Assembly (NCBI GenBank): GCA_964519245.1
Contig: CAZFLK010000010.1
Coordinates: 2,612 to 66,611, forward strand
Length of the DNA stretch: 64,000 bases
Source of the DNA: an uncultured Verrucomicrobiota bacterium
GTDB taxonomy: Bacteria > Verrucomicrobiota > Verrucomicrobiia > Limisphaerales > JAYPEY01
Reading direction: 5' to 3'
Part shown: positions 1-12,080 of the stretch, one piece after another
Numbering within the stretch: the first letter of the stretch is position 1
Layout: each line of letters opens with the position of its first letter
Notes under the pieces: generated by a model
What the model saw: only the letters and a program-made list of their open reading frames with translations
The model's database searches: none
Told to the model about the DNA's origin: nothing
Program-made: the position numbers and the translations under genes

Positions 1-96
1 AGCATGAAGCGTGTTCTACCCCACATCCCGATAAACGTCCCGCCAAAACACCCCGGCGACTGCCGCGGATCCTTGACGGTCTCCCTTCGCGCCCCG

Positions 97-1155
97 TTAG
101 TCCTCCGCCGAGGCGCCCCGATATTGGATGCGTTGTCGCATCTGCCTGTTGCGGGTGAAGTCCACGACCGCGTCATCATGGCAGATGAAGACCAACCGAT
201 CCTCGGCCTGAATGACCATGTCCGGCTTCGGATGCAGGACCCGCTCCCTATTCGCCCGATCCAAGGCCACCACCAGGAACTGCGCCTTGGACTGCGTCTC
301 CACCTCCGACAAATTCGAGCCGATCAACGTTGAATTCTCCGGAATCTGCATTTCGGCGAATTGAATGCCCAGTTCGCCCAACTGCGCGTCCAACTCCTTC
401 ATGGTCTCCTTGTCCGTCAGCAGACTGTCCGCGCTGGGATGCAGGATCTGATGCGCGATCCTTTCGGCGCCGATGTGCGCCGGCAACACCACCCGGTTCG
501 CTCCCGCCTGCACAAGCTTGCCTTCCGTCGAGGGCGTCTCGCCCCGGGCGATGATCTCGACCTGCGGATTGAGATTGCGGGCGCTCAGTGTGATGAAGAC
601 ATTGGCCGCGTCGTTCGGCAACACGGTTGCCAGCACTCTCGCCCGAGCGACGCCCGCCTTCTCCAGCGCGCTCTCCTCGGTCGCGTCCCCAACACAGACC
701 AGCCAGCCATTCTGCTCCGCCTCCTCCACCCGGCCCGGTTCCGACTCGATGATGACAAAGGCATGCTTCGCCTGGCTCAACTCCTCCGCCAGCATCCGGC
801 CGATCCGGCCGACCCCGCAGATAATGACATGGTCCGTCAGCTTCTCGATTTCCGCATTCATACGCCGCTTTCCCAATACCCGTTGAATTTCGCCTTCCGT
901 CAGAAACTGGATGAAGCCGCCGATCAGGTAGATCAACGACGTGCAGCCCGACAGGATCACCCCCATGGTAAACACCCGCAAGCCCGGGCTCTCCTCATGC
1001 ACCTCGCCATACCCCACCCCGAAGATCGTGATGATCACCATGAAGATGGCGTCGATGAACGGCCACCCCGCAATCATGTAGCCCGCGACGCCCACGGTCA
1101 CCGTGACCAACATGATGATGCCGCCAATCTTGAGCGCTCGCAAAGACGTCTTCAT
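97..1155 (-). CDS. Two-TM potassium channel with cytoplasmic RCK (TrkA-N/TrkA-C) domains
   Basis: ORF 97..1224 (-). Two hydrophobic helices flank a pore loop with a K+-filter-like GVGYGE. A Rossmann motif ICGVGRIGR and a TrkA-C-like tail follow. The ATG at 1155 (MKTSLRAL...) is preferred over the GTG at 1224. Confidence 0.8.
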   Translation of the reverse strand: MKTSLRALKIGGIIMLVTVTVGVAGYMIAGWPFIDAIFMVIITIFGVGYGEVHEESPGLRVFTMGVILSGCTSLIYLIGGFIQFLTEGEIQRVLGKRRMNAEIEKLTDHVIICGVGRIGRMLAEELSQAKHAFVIIESEPGRVEEAEQNGWLVCVGDATEESALEKAGVARARVLATVLPNDAANVFITLSARNLNPQVEIIARGETPSTEGKLVQAGANRVVLPAHIGAERIAHQILHPSADSLLTDKETMKELDAQLGELGIQFAEMQIPENSTLIGSNLSEVETQSKAQFLVVALDRANRERVLHPKPDMVIQAEDRLVFICHDDAVVDFTRNRQMRQRIQYRGASAED

Positions 1156-1269
1156 TTCATCCGCACCGAAGCCTAGTTCCTTCACGGCGACCGTCAAAAC
1201 TAATAGGCGTTTACCTGTCGACACCCTGATTCACTTGCCGCACGGCGGTTTTCCGCGCAACCTCGGGGC

Positions 1270-2268
1270 ATGAAGGCCCTTGTCCTGAATGAGATCAAAC
1301 AGCCGCTCAACCTCGAAGAACGCCCGCCCCTGGAAGCGGGACCAGGCGAGGTCGTCGTGCGGCTGAACGCGGCGGCGTTGAATCGCCGCGATTTTTGGAT
1401 CACCCGCGGCATGTATCCCGGAATCGTCACGCCGATCGTGCCAGGCTCCGATGGCGCAGGCGTGGTTAACCGGGTGGGCGACGGCGTCGACGACTCCTGG
1501 CTGGGACAGGAGGTCCTGATCAATCCGGGACTGGACTGGGGCACGAACGAGGCCGCGCAGTCGGACGCGTTCACCATTCTCGGCCTACCGCGGAACGGGA
1601 CCTTTGGGACCGAGGTCGCCGTTCCTGTCGGGCAGTTGCACGCGAAACCGGAATCGTTCAGTTGGGAGGAAGCGGCGGCGCTGCCCCTCGCCGGACTGAC
1701 GGCCTACCGGGCGCTGTTCTCCCAGGGCGGGCTGAAGGCCGGCGAGAACGTGCTGATCACGGGCATCGGCGGCGGCGTGGCCACCTTCGCCCTGCAATTC
1801 GCGGTCGCCGCGGGCGCGAACGTCTGGGTGACCTCCTCCTCGGGCGGGAAACGGGAGCGCGCCATCGAACTGGGAGCCAAGGGCGGATTCGATTACCTCG
1901 AGGACGACTGGGGCAAGGCCTGCCTCAAGTCGGCGGGCGCGCCCAACCTGATCATCGACAGCGCAGGCGGTCCGGGCTACGCGACGCTGCTCGACATCGC
2001 GGCGCCCGGCGGCCGAATCGTCAACTACGGCGCCACCGCCGGACCGCCCGAGAAGCTGGATCTCTTCAAGGTCTTCTGGAAACAACTGCGCCTCCTCGGC
2101 TCCACCATGGGTTCACCGGCGGACTTCGCCGCCATGCTGAACTTTGTCGCCGAACACAGCCTCAAGCCCGTGGTGGATGATGTCGTCCCGCTGACCGAGG
2201 GGCCGGAAGCCGTGGAGCGGATGAAGAACTCCCCGCAGTTCGGGAAGATCGTCCTGCGGATCGACTGA
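1270..2268 (+). CDS. Zinc-type alcohol dehydrogenase / quinone oxidoreductase (MDR superfamily)
   Basis: 332 aa with the typical MDR layout: MKALVL..., GSDGAGVV, nucleotide-binding ITGIGGGVATFALQFA, and a C-terminal GKIVL. Confidence 0.85.
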   Translation: MKALVLNEIKQPLNLEERPPLEAGPGEVVVRLNAAALNRRDFWITRGMYPGIVTPIVPGSDGAGVVNRVGDGVDDSWLGQEVLINPGLDWGTNEAAQSDAFTILGLPRNGTFGTEVAVPVGQLHAKPESFSWEEAAALPLAGLTAYRALFSQGGLKAGENVLITGIGGGVATFALQFAVAAGANVWVTSSSGGKRERAIELGAKGGFDYLEDDWGKACLKSAGAPNLIIDSAGGPGYATLLDIAAPGGRIVNYGATAGPPEKLDLFKVFWKQLRLLGSTMGSPADFAAMLNFVAEHSLKPVVDDVVPLTEGPEAVERMKNSPQFGKIVLRID

Positions 2269-2592
2269 GGGCATCGGGCCTGGCCGCGTCGCCAAGAGAG
2301 AATACGGGGACATCCAACTCGCCAACCGCGCCCGCACAAGAGCAACCGGAGCGCGGACATCCCTGTCCGCCTGTTGGCGCGACGCTGCGACCAAGCAATC
2401 GACTCGCCGAAGCCCGTTGACGCGGGCAACACGATCGGTTGTAACCAAAGCCGCATTTCTTGCGTCGAATCTCGCAACGCCGCCCACCGCGCGCGCCGTT
2501 GCACGCACCGGCTGCGGAACGGCGAGGCTGGCGAGTTCGCCCGCCTGCGCGGGCGACCTGAAAGCGCGACCGACCTGACCATCGATTTGCCC

Positions 2593-5127
<2,535 letters not shown>

Positions 5128-5135
5128 ACCACCCG

Positions 5136-6572
5136 ATGAAAACTGGAATCCATTCGCAAGCTCCCGGCCTCAACGGCGGAGTCCCCCCTCGCGACCAGCC
5201 GCTGCCGGGGCTCCACTCCCGCCGCTCCATGCTGCAGACCCTGTCCGGCGGCTTCGGCTGGATGGCCTTCTCCGCGCTGGCGGCGCAACAGGCCAACGCC
5301 AACACGACCAATCCACTGGCTCCCCGCGCCCCCCACTTCACGCCACGGGCCAAGCGCGTGATTTTCCTCTGCATGCGCGGCGGACCGTCACACGTCGACA
5401 CCTTCGATTACAAGCCCAAGCTGAAACAGGACAACGGCAAGACGGTCGAGGCGCGCCGCGCCGCACGATTGCTGGCATCGCCCTGGGAGTTCAACCAGAA
5501 CGGCCAAAGCGGCCTCCGCATCTCGGAGCTGTTTCCGGAAGTGTCCCGTCACGCCGATGATCTCTGCCTGCTCAACGGGATGAAGACCGACCTGCCGGCG
5601 CACCCGCAGGCCTTCGTCGCAATGCACACCGGCAATCCCCAGTTCGTCCGCCCCTCCATGGGAGCCTGGGCGCTCTATGGACTGGGGACGGAAAACCAGA
5701 ACCTGCCCGGCTTCATCACGCTCAGCCCCCCGGTCGGTCTCGGCGGCGCGCAGAACTATGGCTCGTCCTTCCTCCCCGCCATCTATCAAGGCACGCCGAT
5801 CGGCCGTGAACGACTGCCCATCACCCGGGCGCAGGTCAACAACATCGCCAACCGCCGCCTCGGCTCCAAGGCCCAGCGCGTCCAACTCGACCTGGTGCAG
5901 GCCATGAACCGGGAACGCCTGACGAAGGACGAGTTCAATCCCGAGATCGAGGGCGTGATCGAATCCTATGAACTCGCGTTCCGCATGCAGGCGGAACTGC
6001 CCGGCGTGCTGGATCTCGCTGGCGAATCCGAATCCACGCGCCGACTCTACGGCATCGGCGAGCAACAGACGGACGATTTCGGCCGACAATGTCTCCTGGC
6101 GCGTCGCATGGTGGAGAAGGGCGTCCGCTTCGTGGAGGTCACGCACGGCAACTGGGACCAACACCAGAACCTGGAGCAGGCTCTCGCCCGCAATTGCGGC
6201 GCCACCGACAAGCCGATCGCCGGCCTGCTCGCCGACCTGAAAAGCCGCGACATGCTCAAGGACACCCTGGTCATCTGGGGCGGGGAGTTCGGCCGCACGC
6301 CTTACGCGCAAAACAACAATGGCCGGGATCACAACAACCGCGGCTACACCATGTGGCTGGCCGGCGGCGGAGTGAGGGGCGGCATGACCTACGGCAGCAC
6401 CGACGACTACGGCTACGAGGCCGTGGAGAACAAATTGCACACCCACGATTTCCACGCGACCGTGCTCCACCTGCTCGGGCTGGACCACGAGCGCCTGACC
6501 TACAACTACGCCGGACGCGACTTCCGCCTCACCGACGTCTACGGGAACGTGGCCAAGGAAATCATGGCCTGA
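5136..6572 (+). CDS. DUF1501 domain protein (sulfatase/alkaline-phosphatase fold), Tat-type signal
   Basis: The ATG at 5136 lies 8 nt after the upstream stop. Twin-arginine-like HSRRSMLQTLSGGFGWMAFSALAA, then FLCMRGGPSHVDTFDYKP and a WGGEFGRTP block typical of DUF1501. Confidence 0.85.
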   Translation: MKTGIHSQAPGLNGGVPPRDQPLPGLHSRRSMLQTLSGGFGWMAFSALAAQQANANTTNPLAPRAPHFTPRAKRVIFLCMRGGPSHVDTFDYKPKLKQDNGKTVEARRAARLLASPWEFNQNGQSGLRISELFPEVSRHADDLCLLNGMKTDLPAHPQAFVAMHTGNPQFVRPSMGAWALYGLGTENQNLPGFITLSPPVGLGGAQNYGSSFLPAIYQGTPIGRERLPITRAQVNNIANRRLGSKAQRVQLDLVQAMNRERLTKDEFNPEIEGVIESYELAFRMQAELPGVLDLAGESESTRRLYGIGEQQTDDFGRQCLLARRMVEKGVRFVEVTHGNWDQHQNLEQALARNCGATDKPIAGLLADLKSRDMLKDTLVIWGGEFGRTPYAQNNNGRDHNNRGYTMWLAGGGVRGGMTYGSTDDYGYEAVENKLHTHDFHATVLHLLGLDHERLTYNYAGRDFRLTDVYGNVAKEIMA

Positions 6573-6575
6573 GTC

Positions 6576-7439
6576 CTACAAGACCGCGCTGTCGATCAGC
6601 CTGGCCTTGCCGATTCTGGCGGCCAACGCGATGTGGATGCCGGGCGCGACCGTCTTGACCGGCTTCAGCGTCTCGGAATCAAAGAATTCCACGTAGTCCA
6701 GTTCGGCGTCGGGTTGGGCGTTCACCATGCACTTGACGTTGTGCTTCAACTTGTCCGCAGCAATGGAATCGGTGGTGGCCAACATCTCCTTCACGAGAAA
6801 GATCGCCCGCGAAACGACCGGAGCCTGTTCACGCTGGTCGCGAGTCAGGTAGGCGTTGCGCGAACTCATGGCCACGCCGTCAATCTCCCGGACTGTCGGA
6901 GCCACATCGATCTCCACGGGAAAATTCAAATCCCGGACCATGCGTCTGATCACGGCGGCCTGCTGAAAGTCCTTCGCCCCGAAGACCGCGACATCCGGTT
7001 GCGTCAGATTGAAGAGCTTGGCGACCACCGTGGTCACGCCCCGAAAATGAACCGGCCGGGAGTCGCCTTCCATCCCCTTTGAAAGCGTCGTTTCCTCAAC
7101 AAACGAGCTGAACTCGCGTCCCTTGTCCGCGCAAAACATGTCGCTGTCCTCAGGAGCGAAGACCACGTCCACCCCGCACTCGCGACACAACGCCAGATCG
7201 CGCTTCTCATCCCTGGGGTAGCGTTTGAAATCCTCGCCCGGGCCGAACTGGGTCCGGTTGACGAACAGGGTCGCCACCACCAGACCATCCTTCCCCGCCC
7301 GTTTGCGCGCGCGTTCGACCAGACTGAGGTGCCCGGAGTGAAGATATCCCATGGTCGGCACGACCACAATGCGCCTGCCCTCGCGCCGCTGCTTCAGCGC
7401 GAAACGCTGCATCTGATCCGGTTTCCTAATGGTCCGCAT
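6576..7439 (-). CDS. panC: Pantoate--beta-alanine ligase
   Basis: VVVPTMGYLHSGHLSLV (PTMGxLHxGH), FGxKDxQQ (FGAKDFQQ), SSRN. The ATG at 7439 (MRTIRK...) is preferred over the upstream TTG at 7475. Confidence 0.93.
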   Translation of the reverse strand: MRTIRKPDQMQRFALKQRREGRRIVVVPTMGYLHSGHLSLVERARKRAGKDGLVVATLFVNRTQFGPGEDFKRYPRDEKRDLALCRECGVDVVFAPEDSDMFCADKGREFSSFVEETTLSKGMEGDSRPVHFRGVTTVVAKLFNLTQPDVAVFGAKDFQQAAVIRRMVRDLNFPVEIDVAPTVREIDGVAMSSRNAYLTRDQREQAPVVSRAIFLVKEMLATTDSIAADKLKHNVKCMVNAQPDAELDYVEFFDSETLKPVKTVAPGIHIALAARIGKARLIDSAVL

Positions 7440-7528
7440 AAACGGAATCTTTCCGTTCGCCAAGGACTTCCTCAAACAAAAAAAGCCGCGAGGAATCGTT
7501 TTCCTCGCGGCTTCCGGAAAGGAGCTGT

Positions 7529-7876
7529 TCAGCTCTGCTTGAAGAACATCGGCGACCCTTGGGGCGGATGCATCTCGTGGGCGCAGGGTTGATTCGTCGG
7601 AGCGCTGGCCTCGCGGGCGTTCGGCTCGATCAGTTTGTTGGCCAGCATGTAGGCCTCGACCTCCTCGCCGCTGACGTCGGCCAGCATCTTGCCGCCGACT
7701 TCCACACAGGGGCTGAGCATCTGGCCGCTTTTCTCGATCATCTCCTGACGCTGGACCGGATCGTTGATGATGTCACGGTCCTCATACTGGAGGTCATACT
7801 TCTGCATGATGGCGCGGACCCCCATGCTCCAACCGCAGGAGGGCTTCAGGTAGGCGATTATTTTCGGTTGTTCCAT
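7529..7876 (-). CDS. Glutaredoxin-like (thioredoxin-fold) protein
   Basis: MEQPKIIAYLKPSCGWS... has a Grx-like beta-alpha start with a CxxS active-site position, then SPCVEVGGKML (the Grx 'P.vfi.g' position). The ATG at 7876 is preferred over the TTG at 7897. Confidence 0.6.
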   Translation of the reverse strand: MEQPKIIAYLKPSCGWSMGVRAIMQKYDLQYEDRDIINDPVQRQEMIEKSGQMLSPCVEVGGKMLADVSGEEVEAYMLANKLIEPNAREASAPTNQPCAHEMHPPQGSPMFFKQS

Positions 7877-8006
7877 GACGTTTCGAGTGGTTTGCAAATC
7901 TTGCTATTAATTGATCGCAAGTTTAACCACAGCGCAAGTGGCGACGTCAACAAAAGTTGGAAACCGGGTTGACGCGCAAGCCACTTTTAAGCTGCAACCA
8001 GCGGGC

Positions 8007-8681
8007 TCAAAGGGGAAAACTGGCGCGCAAGGCATGCAGATACTTTGAATACCGGGTGTTTCGCACCGGAAAGCGGTCGACAATATCGGCGATCAGGCCG
8101 TCCGGAGCGGCGGCGGGATATTTGAACTCCAGCACGACGTTTCCTGCCTTTGCCGCGAGACGAAAGGCCGCGCCCCCCGGCGCGGGTCCGTGCCAGGTCA
8201 TCCGGGTATCGATGGTGAGACGACAATCGCAGGCGGCCACTTGATAATACTGGCGGTGGTAACGCACCAGGGTCAACGGGGCCACATTCAGGGTCAGCCG
8301 CTTGATCGGATCGGCATCTTTGACTTCCGCCAGCCAGCGCCGCGTCTGCGCGGGAAGGCCCGCGAGCTCAACGCGGGCAGGCGAAAGGCTCGCGCGCCGC
8401 TTCCCATTCTGCAGGTTCACCTTCACTTTGGCCTCCAACTGCGGCTCCGCCACGTCCCCTTCCAGATCGCCATACCAGCGAATGCGGAGCTTGCTTCTCC
8501 GGGATGCCCCCTCCACATGGCGGTGAAAATCCGCGAAATCCGGCGTGTCCAGATAAACCGAATTCACCCAGCGGGGGGGATAGGCCCGACGAACCGCCTC
8601 CGGATGAAGCTTCAGGAACAACTCCAGGTCGCGCCCCAACTCCTCGGGCAGGGTGTATTTGCGTTCGAATCGCAGTTCCAT
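8007..8681 (-). CDS. VTC-domain (polyphosphate-polymerase-like, triphosphate-tunnel fold) protein
   Basis: 224 aa starting MELRFERKYTLP... (the RFERKY tunnel-enzyme start), followed by YLDTPDF..., LRIRWYG and alternating beta-strand charge patterns. It is the last gene of a tight 3-gene operon. Confidence 0.8.
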   Translation of the reverse strand: MELRFERKYTLPEELGRDLELFLKLHPEAVRRAYPPRWVNSVYLDTPDFADFHRHVEGASRRSKLRIRWYGDLEGDVAEPQLEAKVKVNLQNGKRRASLSPARVELAGLPAQTRRWLAEVKDADPIKRLTLNVAPLTLVRYHRQYYQVAACDCRLTIDTRMTWHGPAPGGAAFRLAAKAGNVVLEFKYPAAAPDGLIADIVDRFPVRNTRYSKYLHALRASFPL

Positions 8682-8693
8682 CAGTCTGTCGGT

Positions 8694-11600
8694 TCAAAAG
8701 TCGAGCGACGCCCCGATCCGCCGCAACCGGGTGGATCCTTCCAGACCATGCCCTGACATGGGGTCGCCGCTCCCGGATCGGACCAACCGCGCGGCGGCGC
8801 CGGCCGGATCATCGCCGGCCAGCACGTTCCCTTCGCCGGCCAGGGTCGTTTCGGCCGCATTGAAACGGGCGCTGTAGGTCGATCCTTCATCGGTCCTGAG
8901 GTCCCGAAGATTCCCGCAGAGGAGATTGTTGACGAGGGTCGCCCGGGCCGGCCCGAAGGACGACTTCTTCTGATAGAGCGCCACGCCGGTTCGATTGTTC
9001 ACGAGCGTGTTGTTCAGGATCACGGCGTCCGACAAGTCCTTCACCGCAATGCCGCTGACCGCGCCGGAAATGTGGTTGTTGAAAATTATTGGCCGCGACT
9101 TCTCGCCCACGGAGACGCCCTTGTCGCCGCCGCTGATGATCCGATTCCCGGCCACCGTCGCCCAAGAAGAGGAAAGATCGATGCAGTCGTCACGGTTGTT
9201 GCGGAACAGGCTGTTCGTCACCACACCCCCGCCAAAATCGATGTCGATCGCATCCAGATTGCCCTCAAAGCGACAGCCGGAAATCGTCGGCGAGACATAC
9301 TTGGAGTTGAAGGCGTCATCCGAGACATTGTCCTGAAAGACGCAGTTGTGCAGAACACAGGGCGCATTGTAGGCCGCCAACGCCGCGGAGAAGGGAATGC
9401 CGTCCACAACCGCATTGGAGCCTCGCTCGAAGACGCAATGCCTGAGCCGATTGGTCCATTGCAGGCCGGAATTCAACACAACCGCGCCTCGATAGGCGTC
9501 CGACCGCGCCGAGGTGAAGCGGATCGGCCGGCCGGGCTCTCCCTCGGCAATGAGCCGCCCCCTCACCATCAGCGAGGCGCCTTCAGCGAAGCGCAACTCC
9601 GCTCCCGCTTCAACCCGGAGGGTTTCATTCCAAGGCACATGGAGGGTCTCGTCGACCTCCATGATTCCCGCCGGGACAATCCGCTCCTTCCGCTCCGCCT
9701 CGGCAGGAGGCTCCCCGAGATGGACGCCATCCGGCCGCAGGAAATCAAGCGTTTGCGACACCCTCGTCGCACAGGGCATGGGCTCGGGGCACAACATCTC
9801 GCCTGCCTCCTTCGAATACCCCGGTTTCCATTCAGCGAACGTCGCGCCGTCCGACAGCGCCGCCCCCTCGACCGCAACCGGATGCCTCGTCACCGGATTC
9901 CGGGCCGACGCCCGAATTCGCCCGTTGAAAGCAGGCACCCCATCCATCGAACGGAAAATCAGAAAAAACGTGTTCGTCGTCGGCCGCGGAACATACTCCC
10001 GCGCCTGCTTTACCTTCGGGCCGAGAAACTCAAAATCCGCCGCGGGAACCGCCCGCGGCAACTGGGTCAGGGCCAATCCCGTTCCCAGCGGAATCGGCCG
10101 GGCGGCAAAATCCTGTTTCAACTCGATTCCCGGCGCAAACGTCAACCCGGCTCTGTCGTCGGTTTCCTCCGGCCGGAACTCGCGACTGCGTGTCGGGTCA
10201 ACCAGAACGCAGCTCCGATGCGCCCGCGATCCGCCTGCTTCCAACCCGAAAGCCAACGTCTCCAGAATGGGCGCGACGTGATTGGTTCCGACGATCTCGA
10301 TCCGGGCCGCCACGCGTTCGCCCTCGCGCAACCAACTCGGAGCCGGCCCAGCCAAACCGCCGCCTTGCTCCAGGACCGCCACCCGCAACGGACCTCCCTG
10401 CAACTTCCGCGCCAGATACCCGATCCTGTCCGGAATCATCCGGCGCATTCTCGCCAGCGTCGCCCGCCACTCCTCATTGCCGACATAACGTTCCATCAGC
10501 GCCCCGTAATGCATGTGCGAATCCGCCAGCGCATCCGCCTCAATCAGGGCTTCCAGCGCCGCCACGCGCTGCAACAGGACATCCGGATGATGCGTCGACT
10601 CAAGCATCTCGCCCAACCGACGAAAGAAGATCTTCCGGAACGCCGCATGCCGGAACAGGCCGTCGGCGGCGTCGTTGATGGCCGTCAAAAGGGGGTGAAA
10701 GTCCCAACCGCGCCGACGCCACAATGCTTCGTATCCCTCCAGCGTGAAGGTGGTGGGCGCCTGGTACCAGGGCACGATCTGAAATCTCCCGACCCCGGGA
10801 TCGAGCGACCACCTCATGTTGTGACTGGACGGGTTCAACTGGCAGTTGATCGCGCCATGCGCCAAGTACCTGAGGCACTGATCCACATCCAGGACGCTGC
10901 GAATGCGCTCCGGATAATCGGCATCACCCATCGCAAACAGGGTTTGAAACAGGCCAAACAAGGATTCGTAATCCTCCTGGTCATCCCAATGAGAGTGCTG
11001 CTGCCAGTTGTTTCGATCGAGGAAGTCCGCTTCCGTAAACACCGGTCGTTCCTCGCCGAACATCTGCGCCAACCCGCGATTGTGCCGCTCATAGAAATAC
11101 TCATCCGGCTGTTCGAGGAATGTCTGCACGCCCTGGAAGGCATCGTTGATCCGGAGATGAACCAGGAACTGGGAGGGGACCAGAACGCCGGATTCACGCA
11201 GGGCCCAACTCCACAGGATGTCATTGACCAACGAATGATCGCGTTGATTGACGAGGTTGAACTCCCGCCGCCCATAAAAGAATTCCTCCTTCAGGAAGCG
11301 GATGCGCCAGGAGGTCTTGGCTCCGAGGTAGTGATCAAAATTCCATCCCCGCGGCCGGACGGACACGGGATACAAGCGCCCTTCATACCGGAAGAACGCC
11401 GGCGTGAACGACCAACGGAAGTTCTGGAGAAACAGGGTGCTGTAGCCGCCCTCCAGATTGAATCCCTCCGGCAGGCGCGGCAACTGCGCCTCAAGCGCGG
11501 CCCGACTGACCTCGGGCAGGGCCAGCTCCATGACCGGCAGCCTCGTCTCGCCGCGACTATCCCCGTGCGGCTCGGGCGCCGGGCGAACCGAGGGGCGGCG

Positions 11601-12059
11601 CACCGGTAAAATGGAACGACTCACTTTCTGCCCCGCCGTCTGCAGTTCCTGCCGCGCCGCCGTCGTCAAGGCCACCCTCCCCTCCCGGGGCGTCAGCATG
11701 ACCAAGACCAGGAACAAGGGGGGAAAGGCCACCCCGACCCCGAGCACATGCCCCTGCCGAACCACCCGCTCGGGACGTTTGGCGGCAGAACCGACCAACG
11801 GAGCCGCCGCCCCGTCGCGAGCAAGCGCGATCCACCGATTCACCCGCTCATACCGGGCGATCCACCACAGGCCGGCCAAGGTCATCGCCGAACCCGCCTG
11901 CAACAACGCCAACAATGCCGGATCCGCGCTTGCCAGGGGCATCCGCTTCAAACCCGGCTGTTCCCAGACAAACCATTGCGCAACCGAGACCGCAACCAGG
12001 TAGAAGAACACCGCCAGATGAAAGCCCGTCAGGAGAACCAGACTGCGTCTCGCGCTCAT
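8694..12059 (-). CDS. CotH-kinase-family protein with N-terminal TM segments and C-terminal right-handed parallel beta-helix repeats
   Basis: 1121 aa. About 3 hydrophobic segments lie in the first 130 aa. A CotH-like core follows (YLGAKTSWRIRFLKEEFFYGRREFNLVNQRDHSLVNDILWSW...LVHLRINDAFQGVQTFLEQPDE). The C-terminal ~330 aa carry PbH1-type repeats (NCVFQDN..., GCRFEGN..., NSLFRNN..., GNRIISGGDKG..., NNTLVNN...). Confidence 0.8.
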   Translation of the reverse strand: MSARRSLVLLTGFHLAVFFYLVAVSVAQWFVWEQPGLKRMPLASADPALLALLQAGSAMTLAGLWWIARYERVNRWIALARDGAAAPLVGSAAKRPERVVRQGHVLGVGVAFPPLFLVLVMLTPREGRVALTTAARQELQTAGQKVSRSILPVRRPSVRPAPEPHGDSRGETRLPVMELALPEVSRAALEAQLPRLPEGFNLEGGYSTLFLQNFRWSFTPAFFRYEGRLYPVSVRPRGWNFDHYLGAKTSWRIRFLKEEFFYGRREFNLVNQRDHSLVNDILWSWALRESGVLVPSQFLVHLRINDAFQGVQTFLEQPDEYFYERHNRGLAQMFGEERPVFTEADFLDRNNWQQHSHWDDQEDYESLFGLFQTLFAMGDADYPERIRSVLDVDQCLRYLAHGAINCQLNPSSHNMRWSLDPGVGRFQIVPWYQAPTTFTLEGYEALWRRRGWDFHPLLTAINDAADGLFRHAAFRKIFFRRLGEMLESTHHPDVLLQRVAALEALIEADALADSHMHYGALMERYVGNEEWRATLARMRRMIPDRIGYLARKLQGGPLRVAVLEQGGGLAGPAPSWLREGERVAARIEIVGTNHVAPILETLAFGLEAGGSRAHRSCVLVDPTRSREFRPEETDDRAGLTFAPGIELKQDFAARPIPLGTGLALTQLPRAVPAADFEFLGPKVKQAREYVPRPTTNTFFLIFRSMDGVPAFNGRIRASARNPVTRHPVAVEGAALSDGATFAEWKPGYSKEAGEMLCPEPMPCATRVSQTLDFLRPDGVHLGEPPAEAERKERIVPAGIMEVDETLHVPWNETLRVEAGAELRFAEGASLMVRGRLIAEGEPGRPIRFTSARSDAYRGAVVLNSGLQWTNRLRHCVFERGSNAVVDGIPFSAALAAYNAPCVLHNCVFQDNVSDDAFNSKYVSPTISGCRFEGNLDAIDIDFGGGVVTNSLFRNNRDDCIDLSSSWATVAGNRIISGGDKGVSVGEKSRPIIFNNHISGAVSGIAVKDLSDAVILNNTLVNNRTGVALYQKKSSFGPARATLVNNLLCGNLRDLRTDEGSTYSARFNAAETTLAGEGNVLAGDDPAGAAARLVRSGSGDPMSGHGLEGSTRLRRIGASLDF

Positions 12060-12080
12060 GACATCTCCCCGCCGGCGGCC

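Noticed and set aside
2374-2592. N-terminal extension of the first PSCyt ORF (MARRCDQAIDSPKP...)
   Set aside because: A clean signal peptide begins at the ATG at 2593. The extension is Arg/Cys-rich and unlike homologue N-termini, including the second copy, which starts directly with its signal peptide.
7936-7986. Bipartite hairpin (AAGTGGC..GTCAAC / GTTGAC..GCCACTT) between the VTC stop and the glutaredoxin-like gene
   Set aside because: The T-run follows the stem only on the plus strand, where there is no upstream gene. On the minus strand, where it would terminate the VTC operon, there is no U-tract. It may still be a structured element, but I cannot support a terminator call.
9072-11609. 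845-aa plus-strand ORF antisense to the CotH gene
   Set aside because: It is Arg/Pro/Gly/His-rich with no motifs and lies fully inside a well-supported minus-strand gene. This is a typical shadow ORF of high-GC DNA.
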